Below, piece after piece: positions 1-8,700 of a stretch of DNA of 33,539 nt (within the stretch, counting starts at the first letter, position 1; each line of letters opens with the position of its first letter). The stretch comes from Rhodobiaceae bacterium. Its GTDB lineage: Bacteria; Pseudomonadota; Alphaproteobacteria; Micropepsales; Micropepsaceae. The notes beneath the pieces are model-generated. The model worked only from the letters and a program-made list of their open reading frames with translations. It had not been told where the DNA came from and made no database searches. The position numbers were made by a program, and so were the translations under genes. The stretch spans positions 1 to 33,539 of the forward strand of contig VFKO01000354.1 of assembly GCA_009885515.1 (NCBI GenBank), read 5' to 3'.

Positions 1-3
1 ACC

Positions 4-942
4 TCAGAAACTGTATCGAAAAGCGACACTTCCGATATTTTCTTGATAGTCCGAGGCCGCCAGGTTCGAGTTGCGGCTAACGTGACGGAATTCTGTCACC
101 CACGTCAACGCGTTTGTGATCTGAAGTTCGGTGTTCAGGCGCAGAGTGTGGCGATCATCCGAACGCGTTAAGGTGGTGATCGGCATCAAACTCTCGACAT
201 TGTCGTAGTTGCGCTTCTGATAATTATACGAGAATTTAACCCGGCCATCGAGTTCAAACAAGCTCACGGGAAATTGCACGGCCGTGCGGCCCATAAAGCC
301 GTCATAGTCGAAGTCTGGGCCAAACGTATCTTCACTGGTAAAGCCGCCACCGAAGGTAAAATAACCCATTTTCGGCCGGTCGAAATAATAATAAACATCC
401 GCCCCCGTTTGATGCGTTTGCGCATCACGGGCGTCGTCGCTGCTATTATAATCTTTGTCAAAGAACCGGTAATACGCGGTGACAAAAAAGTTGTCCGACA
501 AGAAGGCGGAAATCGTCGGGGACACCATATGCTGGTCAAGGAAAAAACTATCGTCGAGCAGCGAGTGCAAATACGTGTACTCAAACCCCAGCTTGATGCC
601 ACCCGGTTTAATCCAGGCCTTAAAGCCTGGGGTGTGGGACTGATAGTTGAACGCGCTCAAATCTTGATAAAGACTTTGATAGAAATCATATCCAATTTCG
701 ACACGGGCATCTTTTTCGTCGACCACTTTATAACCGGCATCAAGCTTAAGGATGGCAGCAATGTCGCCGCTTTCGCTATTGTCGTCATTTTGTTCAACCG
801 CAACATTATCATCAAATTCAGTGCCGGCTTCCAGATCGAGCCACCAGCTTTTGCCCTGTGCCAGCGCCGATTGAGCCGCAAATGGAACCGTGGCCGCGAG
901 CGTCAGCACTGCCGCACATAAGTTGGATGTCGAAATACGCAT
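4..942 (-). CDS. outer-membrane beta-barrel protein (family not assigned)
   Basis: Taken from ORF 4..1026. I place the start at ATG 942, with AGAGGG just upstream, which gives the signal peptide MRISTSNLCAAVLTLAATVPFAAQSALA. The body is rich in Y/F/D/G/N with alternating strands, and the C-terminus ...VAFRYSF ends in Phe, the usual OMP beta-signal. Confidence 0.7.
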   Translation of the reverse strand: MRISTSNLCAAVLTLAATVPFAAQSALAQGKSWWLDLEAGTEFDDNVAVEQNDDNSESGDIAAILKLDAGYKVVDEKDARVEIGYDFYQSLYQDLSAFNYQSHTPGFKAWIKPGGIKLGFEYTYLHSLLDDSFFLDQHMVSPTISAFLSDNFFVTAYYRFFDKDYNSSDDARDAQTHQTGADVYYYFDRPKMGYFTFGGGFTSEDTFGPDFDYDGFMGRTAVQFPVSLFELDGRVKFSYNYQKRNYDNVESLMPITTLTRSDDRHTLRLNTELQITNALTWVTEFRHVSRNSNLAASDYQENIGSVAFRYSF

Positions 943-1390
943 TGTCCCTCTACCATTCTGCTGAAATGTACAATCGGGGTTCAGCCCCGTTTTGCATTCA
1001 GACATGCACCGTTGATAAAGCCCCACGACGCCCTGTGTAAAGTTAGCAAGCTAGGCGATCATCAATTGCCGGTGGTGCCGTGTCCTAAAAACAAGACAGG
1101 GTCTGCAACTCTTGGGCCACATCGCAAATAAATGCTCGCAATGGATAGGTGATTGTCGCCACGCCAGTCCGAGCGAATAGGTGCAAATCACATCAGAAAG
1201 GCCCAGAGCGCCCCTAAAAAAGTGCATCTGCCATGCGCAGGAAATAGAGGCATGTTGTAAAAATTGCATCAGCAAAGAATCACAACTTTCGCACACACAT
1301 CATTGGCCGTGACATGCAAGGACTTGCTTCAAAGATATTTCGCTTGGAGCGGGGGAATAGGGTGCGAAGGGTTCAACGCACCACACCTAT

Positions 1391-2869
1391 TTACTTTTCC
1401 AGTCCGACCAATCCGTATCCGAAAATGGGATCGCGGCCAGGTTGGCCCAAATCCCGTGCTGACTTTGCCAGAAATTGAGAAGCACTTTGTGCTAAAGCGA
1501 CGTCGGGACGATCAATGCGGCGCGCCAGCGCCACCGCCACAACCGGCGCGGCGTATGATGTTCCCGAAACTTTTTCGACATCGCCGCTGGAATTGGCGAC
1601 GGTGGTATCCACGCCACCCGCAGCGAAATCCACATAGTCGCCCTGATTGGCGTACAAATAGACACGATCCTGTTTGTCGACGGCGGTAACGCCCACCACA
1701 TTTTCATAAGCGGCCGGAAATTGAGGCGCCGCATGCGGGCCTTCATTTCCCACCGCAGCCACAAGAATATGTCCCTTGGCGGACACATGTGCCGCCATCG
1801 CTTCAAGCAATGGGTTGGCCGGTCCGCTCAGACTGAGGTTGATCACTGGAATTTTCATTTGTGAAAGCCAGTCCAAGGCTTGCACAATCGCGTCGGCAGA
1901 CGCAATTTCCTTTCCATTCTCCATCATCGTAAAGACGTTGGCGACAATAATATGCGCCCCCGGTGCAGCTTCCGCTATCCGCGAAGCGACCGCCGTACCG
2001 TGATTCTCCGGCGTACTTTTGGCGGCGCCAAATGTTTGTGCCGATATTTTTACGTCGCGCAGCATCTCATGCATCGAATCGACGCCCGCATCGACGAGCC
2101 CTATGCGAATGTGGGCGCGCTTCGCCAAGGTTTGCGGCGCAAGAGACGAAACACCTGCAATGGTCGCCCCACCGCGCGCCGGACTATATATGTGATTGAA
2201 AGTACTGATTCCGCGCGGATCGACCCTGCGCAGCTCATCGAGAACCGAGTGGCCGGAGCGTGCATTTGGCACCGCAATCCGCAATCCTTTCATCCCCATG
2301 GACGGCAATTGAAAGATCTCGATGATTCTCAATCCGCGCCGGGCGACCATTGTCGAGATATCTGCATGTGACGAGACATGCACGACTTCCCCGCTCCGCA
2401 CCAAATCGCCATCATCGTTTTCGCTGATTTCAAACCGGTCCTGAGCGCGCGCGACGCGCTCTTCCCCGCTGTGGCCCTTACCCGAGTTCTCTGACGGCCC
2501 ACTCACCTGATTGCTCGAGCCCGAAGAGCTGTCATCATCATCGTCGTCGCCGGATCCGGACGAACCAGAGCTTGCCGACTGGCCCGAATCAACACTGTCC
2601 CCGTCGCCTGCCCCAGAATCGCTTTCACTATCGTTTGATGATCCGGACGATTCTCCGCCATCTCCCGAGTCGGGTTCGCCCTGGTCATCGGAGCTTCCGC
2701 TATTGTCCGAGGGGCCGGACCGGTCGTCATCGTCATCCGGTGCGGGCTCATCTGAACCCGAAGATCCGCTTCCGCTGCTGGCAAAAGCCTGCGGAACCGC
2801 GAAAGCACCTGTTGCAGCCATCAAGAAAAACAGGAGAATTCCAAAAGGAGATTTGCTACGCTGACGCAC
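1391..2869 (-). CDS. S8 (subtilisin-like) serine peptidase with an N-terminal polyanionic low-complexity region
   Basis: The subtilase triad motifs appear in D-H-S order: GLVDAGVD, HGTAVAS, SGTSYAAP, plus the oxyanion motif AVGNEG. The ORF opens at GTG 2923, but GTG 2869 gives a canonical signal peptide (M)RQRSKSPFGILLFFLMAATGAFAVPQAFA. The start is therefore uncertain by 54 nt. Confidence 0.85.
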   Translation of the reverse strand: MRQRSKSPFGILLFFLMAATGAFAVPQAFASSGSGSSGSDEPAPDDDDDRSGPSDNSGSSDDQGEPDSGDGGESSGSSNDSESDSGAGDGDSVDSGQSASSGSSGSGDDDDDDSSSGSSNQVSGPSENSGKGHSGEERVARAQDRFEISENDDGDLVRSGEVVHVSSHADISTMVARRGLRIIEIFQLPSMGMKGLRIAVPNARSGHSVLDELRRVDPRGISTFNHIYSPARGGATIAGVSSLAPQTLAKRAHIRIGLVDAGVDSMHEMLRDVKISAQTFGAAKSTPENHGTAVASRIAEAAPGAHIIVANVFTMMENGKEIASADAIVQALDWLSQMKIPVINLSLSGPANPLLEAMAAHVSAKGHILVAAVGNEGPHAAPQFPAAYENVVGVTAVDKQDRVYLYANQGDYVDFAAGGVDTTVANSSGDVEKVSGTSYAAPVVAVALARRIDRPDVALAQSASQFLAKSARDLGQPGRDPIFGYGLVGLEK

Positions 2870-2961
2870 AGAAAGTCCCAAAGTTGAGGTGAAACCATAA
2901 CACGGTAAGCTGAAGTAAAACACTAATCGGGATCGATATTACTATACAATCCGGAAATTAT

Positions 2962-2987
2962 TGGAATAAAATCCCTCTTCGTTCGTT
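2962..2987 (+). promoter_or_regulatory. candidate ECF-type promoter upstream of the sigma gene (TGGAAT-N16-CGTT)
   Basis: GGAAT at 2963-2967 and CGTT at 2984-2987 are separated by 16 nt, which resembles the GGAAC-N16/17-CGTT layout common at autoregulated ECF promoters. It lies only about 18 nt before ATG 3005, leaving a very short leader, so the call is weak. Confidence 0.25.
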
Positions 2988-3004
2988 GTAAATACTGGAC
3001 CGAA

Positions 3005-3547
3005 ATGACTGACAGCACCGATGAATTGCGCCGAGGGATAACTGGTCTTTTACCAAGGTTACGTCGCTTTGGTGCGGTGTTGTCGGGAACTCAGGACGAA
3101 GGGGACGACTTAGTGCAAGCAGCGATTGAGCGGGCCCTATCCAAGCACGAGCAATGGCAGCCCGGAACACGTATAGATAGTTGGTTGTTCAAAATCATGC
3201 AGAACAGCTGGAAGGACGAAATTCGTAAGCGTAAAAACGTTCAAAAGAAGCTAATTTTGGATAGTGCGGGAACCGATCAGTCAGTCGATGGGCGGCGTGT
3301 CACGGAAACCATGTTGATGTTAACGAAGACACGCGAACAATTTGGAAGGTTGTCGGACGAGCACCGTGCAGTTTTGGCTCTGGTTGTGATCGATGGCCAT
3401 TCTTATCAGGAATCCGCTGATCAACTTGAGATTCCAATCGGAACCTTGATGAGCAGGCTGTATCGTGCGCGTGAGGCTTTACGGCATATGGTTGAACAAA
3501 CGAACAGTCACGAAAAAGCAGAAATCAACAAACGAATTGGTTCATGA
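3005..3547 (+). CDS. ECF (group 4) RNA polymerase sigma-70 family factor
   Basis: 180 aa. It has a region 2-like stretch, DDLVQAAIERAL...SWLFKIMQNSWKDEIRKRK. It also has a region 4 helix-turn-helix, LSDEHRAVLALVVIDGHSYQESADQLEIPIGTLMSRLYRAREAL. Confidence 0.9.
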   Translation: MTDSTDELRRGITGLLPRLRRFGAVLSGTQDEGDDLVQAAIERALSKHEQWQPGTRIDSWLFKIMQNSWKDEIRKRKNVQKKLILDSAGTDQSVDGRRVTETMLMLTKTREQFGRLSDEHRAVLALVVIDGHSYQESADQLEIPIGTLMSRLYRAREALRHMVEQTNSHEKAEINKRIGS

Positions 3548-4281
3548 GCACGATCACAGACGATACATTAATGGCCTATTGCGATGGCGAGCTCGACGAG
3601 CGAAACGCCGGTGTTGTGCGCGCGGCGCTGGAACAAGACGGCGGCTTGCGGGTGCGTTTGCAAAACATCCGCAACCTCGATGATGTGCTGCGCGCCTCCT
3701 TCCAGCCTCGTCTCGAGACGCCTGGACGGTTTGATCAACTGCTTGCCGGAAAACAGCCCGCACAAGTCATCCCGTTGCGCTCCAAATCAAACGCGTTGCG
3801 CAACTGGATTCCTACCGGCACCGGGATTGCGGCGGCGGTGTTAATCCTGTTTGCCGGCAACGCCTTCGCGCCTGGCCCAATGGCTTGGCTCGAACAAGTG
3901 GACGATGGCATCGCTTTGGCAGGTCCTGTCCTAGCCGCAATCGTTTCAACACCATCGGGAAAGCACGTCAAGCAAAACGGACTTAATATTTTGCCGGTTG
4001 TCAGTTTCGAGTCGGCTGATGGACGCCTGTGCCGCGAAGCGCAAGTCGATGACGCTGAACTTGCGGCCCGCATCGTGGCGTGTCGCGACAAAGATCACGA
4101 CGATTGGTGTATTGAAGCGTTTGCGCGAATGCCCGCACAACCTCGTACGAACGGGTACTATACCGCAGGAGTCCCCAAGGACCCTGTAATCGATGCCGCC
4201 TACGCAAGGCTCGGTATCAAAAATACTCTGACCGCCGATGCCGAAAAGCAGGCTATGGCGAGGAATTGGGTCTTGCAGTAG
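3544..4281 (+). CDS. membrane-spanning anti-sigma factor (cognate to the upstream ECF sigma)
   Basis: Its start overlaps the sigma gene stop as ATGA. The N-terminus is anti-sigma-domain-like (DDTLMAYCDGELDERNAGVV). There is one TM helix, WIPTGTGIAAAVLILFAGNAFA, followed by a periplasmic domain of about 140 aa. Confidence 0.75.
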   Translation: MSTITDDTLMAYCDGELDERNAGVVRAALEQDGGLRVRLQNIRNLDDVLRASFQPRLETPGRFDQLLAGKQPAQVIPLRSKSNALRNWIPTGTGIAAAVLILFAGNAFAPGPMAWLEQVDDGIALAGPVLAAIVSTPSGKHVKQNGLNILPVVSFESADGRLCREAQVDDAELAARIVACRDKDHDDWCIEAFARMPAQPRTNGYYTAGVPKDPVIDAAYARLGIKNTLTADAEKQAMARNWVLQ

Positions 4282-4371
4282 GGCAGGCAGAGATCAACCT
4301 CAGATTTGCAGCTCGCCGTCCAGCCAGCTAAGATTGCCGCCTGGACTTTCCGCAAACGAGAGTACGCCAAC

Positions 4372-4980
4372 GTGAGTGCCATCCGGTTCGCATTGCTCCT
4401 GACATGCGCGGTGATTGCGGCGGCACCAGAACTTGCCATTGCAGGGCCACAAAATCCCATTCCGGCGGTGCAAAAATCATTGGCAAAGCTTGGCCAAGGC
4501 ATTGACGACGTCTCGCTGACAAACGATTCGGGCAGCAAGGTTCTTTGGCGCGACTTCGCTGGCAGTCCTAGGGCCGTATTCTTTGGCTTTACAAACTGTC
4601 CGGTCGTGTGCCCGGTAACCGTTTGGGAATTGGACACCGCCATGATTGAGCTCGGGGCGAGTGCGGACAGCTTGAAAATCATCTTCGTTACGCTCGATCC
4701 CGCGCGCGACACGCCGACGGCCTTGAAAGCTTATTTTTCGGGATTTAAAGGCCGCGTCATCCCCCTCACCGGACAAGAGCAAGCCATCCAACGCATCGCC
4801 AAATCCTTCGACGTCAATTCTGAGAAGGTCGAAACCGGCAAGGGGACATATACGCTCGATCACACCGCGGCCGTTTACCTTCTGAACAAAGAAGGGCAGG
4901 TCGTCGATAATTTGGCGTTCGGCACGCCGCGCGACGTAACCCTGGCACGCCTTAAGACGTTATTGGCTGGCGCAAAATAG
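4372..4980 (+). CDS. SCO1/SenC family thioredoxin-fold copper chaperone
   Basis: Contains the motif FGFTNCPVVCPVT (CxxxC) and the downstream DHTAAVYL His motif. The ORF opens at TTG 4306, but GTG 4372 gives the signal/anchor (M)SAIRFALLLTCAVIAAAPELAIA with GAGAG 9 nt upstream. Confidence 0.85.
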   Translation: MSAIRFALLLTCAVIAAAPELAIAGPQNPIPAVQKSLAKLGQGIDDVSLTNDSGSKVLWRDFAGSPRAVFFGFTNCPVVCPVTVWELDTAMIELGASADSLKIIFVTLDPARDTPTALKAYFSGFKGRVIPLTGQEQAIQRIAKSFDVNSEKVETGKGTYTLDHTAAVYLLNKEGQVVDNLAFGTPRDVTLARLKTLLAGAK

Positions 4981-5102
4981 GGTGCCACCCGGCTAACAAG
5001 ACTCATTAACTGCCTAATCTCGCCGCAGACACGATAATTCCAGTTCTCAATTTCGCCCAGCGGGCTCCATCTCTATGATGCGCCATCGCAAGGGACCTGA
5101 CA

Positions 5103-6323
5103 GTGCCCAACTACCTCTATGAAGCGGCCGATTCCAATGGCATCATTACGCGCGGCACCCTTGAGGCGCCGACGCGCAGCATCGCTGTTGAGCGCATCAT
5201 CGGGCTCGGTCGCACGCCTGTCCGGGTTGTTGAGCACGCAGGCACCCCGCTCAAGCTTTCAAGTGGCTCGCAGCCGCTGTGGCCACAATTCAATTTGGCA
5301 AATGACCGCCTCACACTGCTTCAGGAATTCAGCATTCTTCTGCGGGCAGGCCTCAGCGTCGAGCGCTCACTGGTCGCCATGCTTGCGTTGACCAACAAAA
5401 CCCGGATCAAAGCATCAATCCAGAATGTCCTCGAGGGCTTGAGGGCTGGCGAACCACTTTCCACAGCCATGCGCCGGGCTGGACTTCTGTTTCCGGATGC
5501 GCTGCGCAAACTCATTGCTGCGGGTGAAGCCAGCGGACGCTTACCCGAAGTCATGACGCGTTTGGCTACAGCGCAAGCCCGTAACAAAGAACTCACAGAC
5601 AAAATTGCCTCAGCCATGATCTACCCGGCGTTGCTGCTGGTGGTCATGCTTGCAGTCCTGATCATGATCTTCACCGTGGTCTTGCCCCGGCTAGAGCCGC
5701 TGTTCGAGCAAAGTGGCGCGGCCTTACCTTGGCCCGCAGCTTTGTTGCTGGGTATTTCTCACTTCCTCGACGCGTATGGGATATTGTTTGCCGTCGCAGT
5801 CATCGGTGCACTTGCAGCACTGCTTTACGCGCTCCGCCAACCGGCGATGCAAATCACGCTGGACAAGCGCGCCCTCTCCAGCCGCTTTCTTTTGAAGATT
5901 CCACAAGCGTACCAGGCGGCACAAATATGCCGGAATTTGGCAATGCTGCTTGATGGCGGCATGCCACTCAATCGCGCATTGGAAACGGCGGAGGGGGCGG
6001 TGACCAACAGCTACATGCGTCAAAGCTTGACCTCGGTTATTGACCGCGTAAAACACGGCCGCTCCCTCAAACTTTCGCTGGAGGACGCAAATGTCTTTCC
6101 TCGGGTGACACTGGAGTTCGTTGGTGTCGGTGAAGAAACCGGTCGGCTTGGACCGATGCTCAACGAGGCCGCCGACGTGCTGGATCGCGACGTTCAAGTA
6201 AAACTCGACCGGCTGTCGGCCCTCCTCTTGCCAATCGTAACGATTTTCCTCGGCATTATTGTGGCTGGCATTATGAGCGGCGTCGTCAGCGGCATCCTGG
6301 CCGCCAATGACTTGGCACTCTAG
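5103..6323 (+). CDS. gspF: type II secretion system F-family inner-membrane platform protein
   Basis: 406 aa with a GTG start. The N-terminus PNYLYEAADSNGIITRGTLEA is typical of GspF/PilC. It shows two repeated cytoplasmic T2SSF-like domains and three TM segments. Confidence 0.9.
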   Translation: MPNYLYEAADSNGIITRGTLEAPTRSIAVERIIGLGRTPVRVVEHAGTPLKLSSGSQPLWPQFNLANDRLTLLQEFSILLRAGLSVERSLVAMLALTNKTRIKASIQNVLEGLRAGEPLSTAMRRAGLLFPDALRKLIAAGEASGRLPEVMTRLATAQARNKELTDKIASAMIYPALLLVVMLAVLIMIFTVVLPRLEPLFEQSGAALPWPAALLLGISHFLDAYGILFAVAVIGALAALLYALRQPAMQITLDKRALSSRFLLKIPQAYQAAQICRNLAMLLDGGMPLNRALETAEGAVTNSYMRQSLTSVIDRVKHGRSLKLSLEDANVFPRVTLEFVGVGEETGRLGPMLNEAADVLDRDVQVKLDRLSALLLPIVTIFLGIIVAGIMSGVVSGILAANDLAL

Positions 6324-6325
6324 CC

Positions 6326-6766
6326 ATGAACCCTATCCCTTCGCGCACAGCCGGTTATTCGATGCTGGAGCTATTGGTGGTACTTGCCATCATGTCCCTC
6401 CTCGTGGTGGTCGCGATCCCGGCAGCAAGTGGCGCCTTGCAACGCCTGTCACTGTCGGGCGATGCGCGCCTGGTCGCTTCGAATTTGCGCAGCTTGCGCG
6501 AACAGGCGGCAGACCAGCAATCCGAAATCATCATCACAGCCCCCCCTGGCCGCGCCGGTGTACTTAGTGTTTCGAATGGCAGCGAAATTCTTCTGGCTTG
6601 GGGGACCACAGCGCAAATTCTGTCGCGCCATGATCGTAGTCAAAGCCTGAGGTTGAGCTGGGATGGCAGTGTCTCAGGGTCGGTCATGCTAACCCGCGGC
6701 GGGTCTACCATCCGCATCTCTGCTGATCGCATGACAGGTAGACTCATCTTCGAAGATACACCATGA
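6326..6766 (+). CDS. gspH: minor pseudopilin, GspH-like
   Basis: Prepilin leader and cleavage motif RTAG|YSMLELLVVLAIMSLL with Glu at +5. The size is 146 aa and it sits directly after gspF. Confidence 0.6.
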   Translation: MNPIPSRTAGYSMLELLVVLAIMSLLVVVAIPAASGALQRLSLSGDARLVASNLRSLREQAADQQSEIIITAPPGRAGVLSVSNGSEILLAWGTTAQILSRHDRSQSLRLSWDGSVSGSVMLTRGGSTIRISADRMTGRLIFEDTP

Positions 6767-7155
6767 GCGGCGAGCGTGGATTTACACTGATAGAGGCGTT
6801 GATTGCATTTGCGATCTTGGCCGTCACGCTTGTTTCACTTTATGAGGCCATGGGAACCGGCCTGCGCAGCTTTGGCGCTGCCTCCCGCGTCGAAACCGCG
6901 GTGATGATCGCTCGCTCTCAGTTGGACCGGATCGTTGCCCTCCAGCGCCTGCCGCAACCCCGGCAAGGCCCAAGTGCGGGTTCGGACTATGAGTGGAAAA
7001 TCGAGATCCTGCCGGCACCCGCGCATCCGGAATCAACAACGCTTTTTCAACCCGCGTTGATCCGCTTGTGGGTCACCTGGCCTGGCAACGCTGGGCCGCA
7101 AAAAATCTCAATTGATCGCCTGGTTTTCGTTCGCAAGCAGGAAAGCCAGCGATGA
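6763..7155 (+). CDS. gspI: minor pseudopilin, GspI-like
   Basis: ATGA overlap with the upstream gene. Prepilin motif ERG|FTLIEALIAFAILAV. 130 aa. Confidence 0.65.
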   Translation: MSGERGFTLIEALIAFAILAVTLVSLYEAMGTGLRSFGAASRVETAVMIARSQLDRIVALQRLPQPRQGPSAGSDYEWKIEILPAPAHPESTTLFQPALIRLWVTWPGNAGPQKISIDRLVFVRKQESQR

Positions 7156-7799
7156 AAAGGCATAACGAATCCGGGTATTCGCTTGTTGAGCTTCTGGTCG
7201 TGCTGGCGTTGTTTGGGCTCATAGCAATCGCCATGACCGGCGGCATACGTTTTGGCGCCCGCGCCTGGGAAAAAAGCGGCGCTCAAGTTGACGCCATCGA
7301 ACGGATCGAGGGCGCACAGAATATGCTGCGCACTCTGCTGCAGCGCGTTGTGCCACGCGACCTCAACCCCGAAAATCCTGCCGACCCCGATGTGTTTCAG
7401 GCGTCGCGGCACCGCATGACCTTCACCGCCCTGTCGCCATCGGCTATTGAAGCCAATGGTTTGGCCCGTTTTGTGCTGGAGGTCACCGAGGCATCAGGCA
7501 AAAAACAATTGAACCTGTCCTGGACCGGCATCAATGGAAACAGCGGGCGCCAGAGCCAAAGCTTGCTCGTTGATGCCAACGACATTTCATTTTCATTCGC
7601 CACCCTGGACCAAACAGGTGTCTTCGTCTGGCGCGACGATTGGATCGAACAGTCTGGCGCACCGGCGCTTGTCATTGTACGCGCAAAGTTTCCCTCAGGA
7701 TCGGCCATCCAGTGGCCCGAACTTGTCATCCGCCCGCGCATTTCCCGCGATCCCTCTTGTGTATACGACCCGGTGTCGTTCAGCTGCCGCCATGCGTAA
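7152..7799 (+). CDS. gspJ: minor pseudopilin, GspJ-like
   Basis: ATGA overlap with the upstream gene. Prepilin motif ESG|YSLVELLVVLALFGLIA. 215 aa. Confidence 0.65.
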   Translation: MKRHNESGYSLVELLVVLALFGLIAIAMTGGIRFGARAWEKSGAQVDAIERIEGAQNMLRTLLQRVVPRDLNPENPADPDVFQASRHRMTFTALSPSAIEANGLARFVLEVTEASGKKQLNLSWTGINGNSGRQSQSLLVDANDISFSFATLDQTGVFVWRDDWIEQSGAPALVIVRAKFPSGSAIQWPELVIRPRISRDPSCVYDPVSFSCRHA

Positions 7800-8700
7800 C
7801 ATTTTAGCCAACCCCTTGAATGCAGGTGAACGTGGAATCGCACTGATTGCGGTACTGGGATTTCTTGCCACGATGTCTCTCCTGGCAATCGGTGTTGTCA
7901 GCGCCGCACGAACCACTGTTACTAACGCCTCGCGCCATCTTGTCCGCGCCCAGGCACAAGCCGCAATCGAGAGCGGGATCGATTTTGCCGCCAATCAATT
8001 GGCCCAAGCGAGAGGCACCGCTCCAGCGCTGCTTTCACAACCTGAAACTTTGGAAATCGGTGGGTTTAGAGTTCAGGTTTCGGTTCGCCCTGAACGGGCG
8101 AAAGTCGATCTGAATTTTGCCGATGCTGATTTGTTGGCAACCCTCTTTCGAGCAGGCGGGGCAAGCCATGATGACGCGCAGGCGCTTGCTGCTTCAGTCG
8201 AAGATTGGCGCGACGGCGATGATCTGTTGCATCTTAAGGGCGCCGAGTTCAGGCAGTACAAAGAGCAAGGCTTGGACTATGGTCCGGCAAACGGATTTTT
8301 TGTCAGCGTCGACGAGCTACGGCTGGTTCTGGGAATGACCGGGCAAATTTACGCGTGTGTGCGTCCTCAACTCACAATATTGACCCAGTCACCCGGCATC
8401 GAACTTGAAATGGCCGCTCCGATGATCAGGCGCGCACTTGGTCTGGAAGAACGATCAGAAGCAAACGGCGCTGCCGGGGCCAGCGTTATTGCCAGCCAAC
8501 TCATCACACCTGGTCAAGTTTTCGAGATTACGGCACGCCTTGAAGATTCGGTCAGGCAGGTCAAGCGGTCGGAGCGGGTGATGATCAGGATTACCGGAGA
8601 TCCGAATGATCCATTTTGGAGTCTGAATATCGAACCCGCAATTCCCTTGGAAGCGGCAGCGCGCCGCCATTGCCCCGCCAAAAGTCCCTCTTTTCCCTAA
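7792..8700 (+). CDS. gspK: minor pseudopilin, GspK-like
   Basis: I start it at ATG 7792 (MRNILANPLNAGERG|IALIAVLGFLATMSLLAIGVV, no Glu+5, as in GspK). This overlaps the gspJ stop by 8 nt. It carries GspK-like segments ERAKVDLNFADADLL and SVEDWRDGDD. The longer ORF from 7534 overlaps gspJ out of frame. Confidence 0.65.
   Translation: MRNILANPLNAGERGIALIAVLGFLATMSLLAIGVVSAARTTVTNASRHLVRAQAQAAIESGIDFAANQLAQARGTAPALLSQPETLEIGGFRVQVSVRPERAKVDLNFADADLLATLFRAGGASHDDAQALAASVEDWRDGDDLLHLKGAEFRQYKEQGLDYGPANGFFVSVDELRLVLGMTGQIYACVRPQLTILTQSPGIELEMAAPMIRRALGLEERSEANGAAGASVIASQLITPGQVFEITARLEDSVRQVKRSERVMIRITGDPNDPFWSLNIEPAIPLEAAARRHCPAKSPSFP

Noticed and set aside
1051-1296. An 81-aa minus-strand ORF in the S8-OMP spacer.
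   Set aside because: It has no Shine-Dalgarno sequence. Its composition is Cys/His/Trp-rich and unlike a real small protein, and it lies in AT-richer DNA that looks regulatory. It is kept only as a remote possibility under the spacer finding.
2511-2892. Plus-strand ORFs 2511-2864 (117 aa, Ser/Pro/Glu/Asp-rich) and 2572-2892, opposite the S8 gene.
   Set aside because: They are mirror images of the low-complexity acidic tract on the coding strand. They have no RBS or start context, and the S8 frame carries the catalytic motifs.
7534-7791. The 5' extension of the gspK ORF (388-aa version). The same issue applies to the extensions of rlmE (to 13011), the LLM gene (to 25894), the membrane protein (to 26297), caiB (to 27507), gspO (from 8616), gspE (from 9416) and vapB (from 31123).
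   Set aside because: Each extension overlaps the neighbouring gene out of frame and lacks family-like sequence. Internal starts give classic ATGA/TAATG coupling or proper signal or prepilin leaders.
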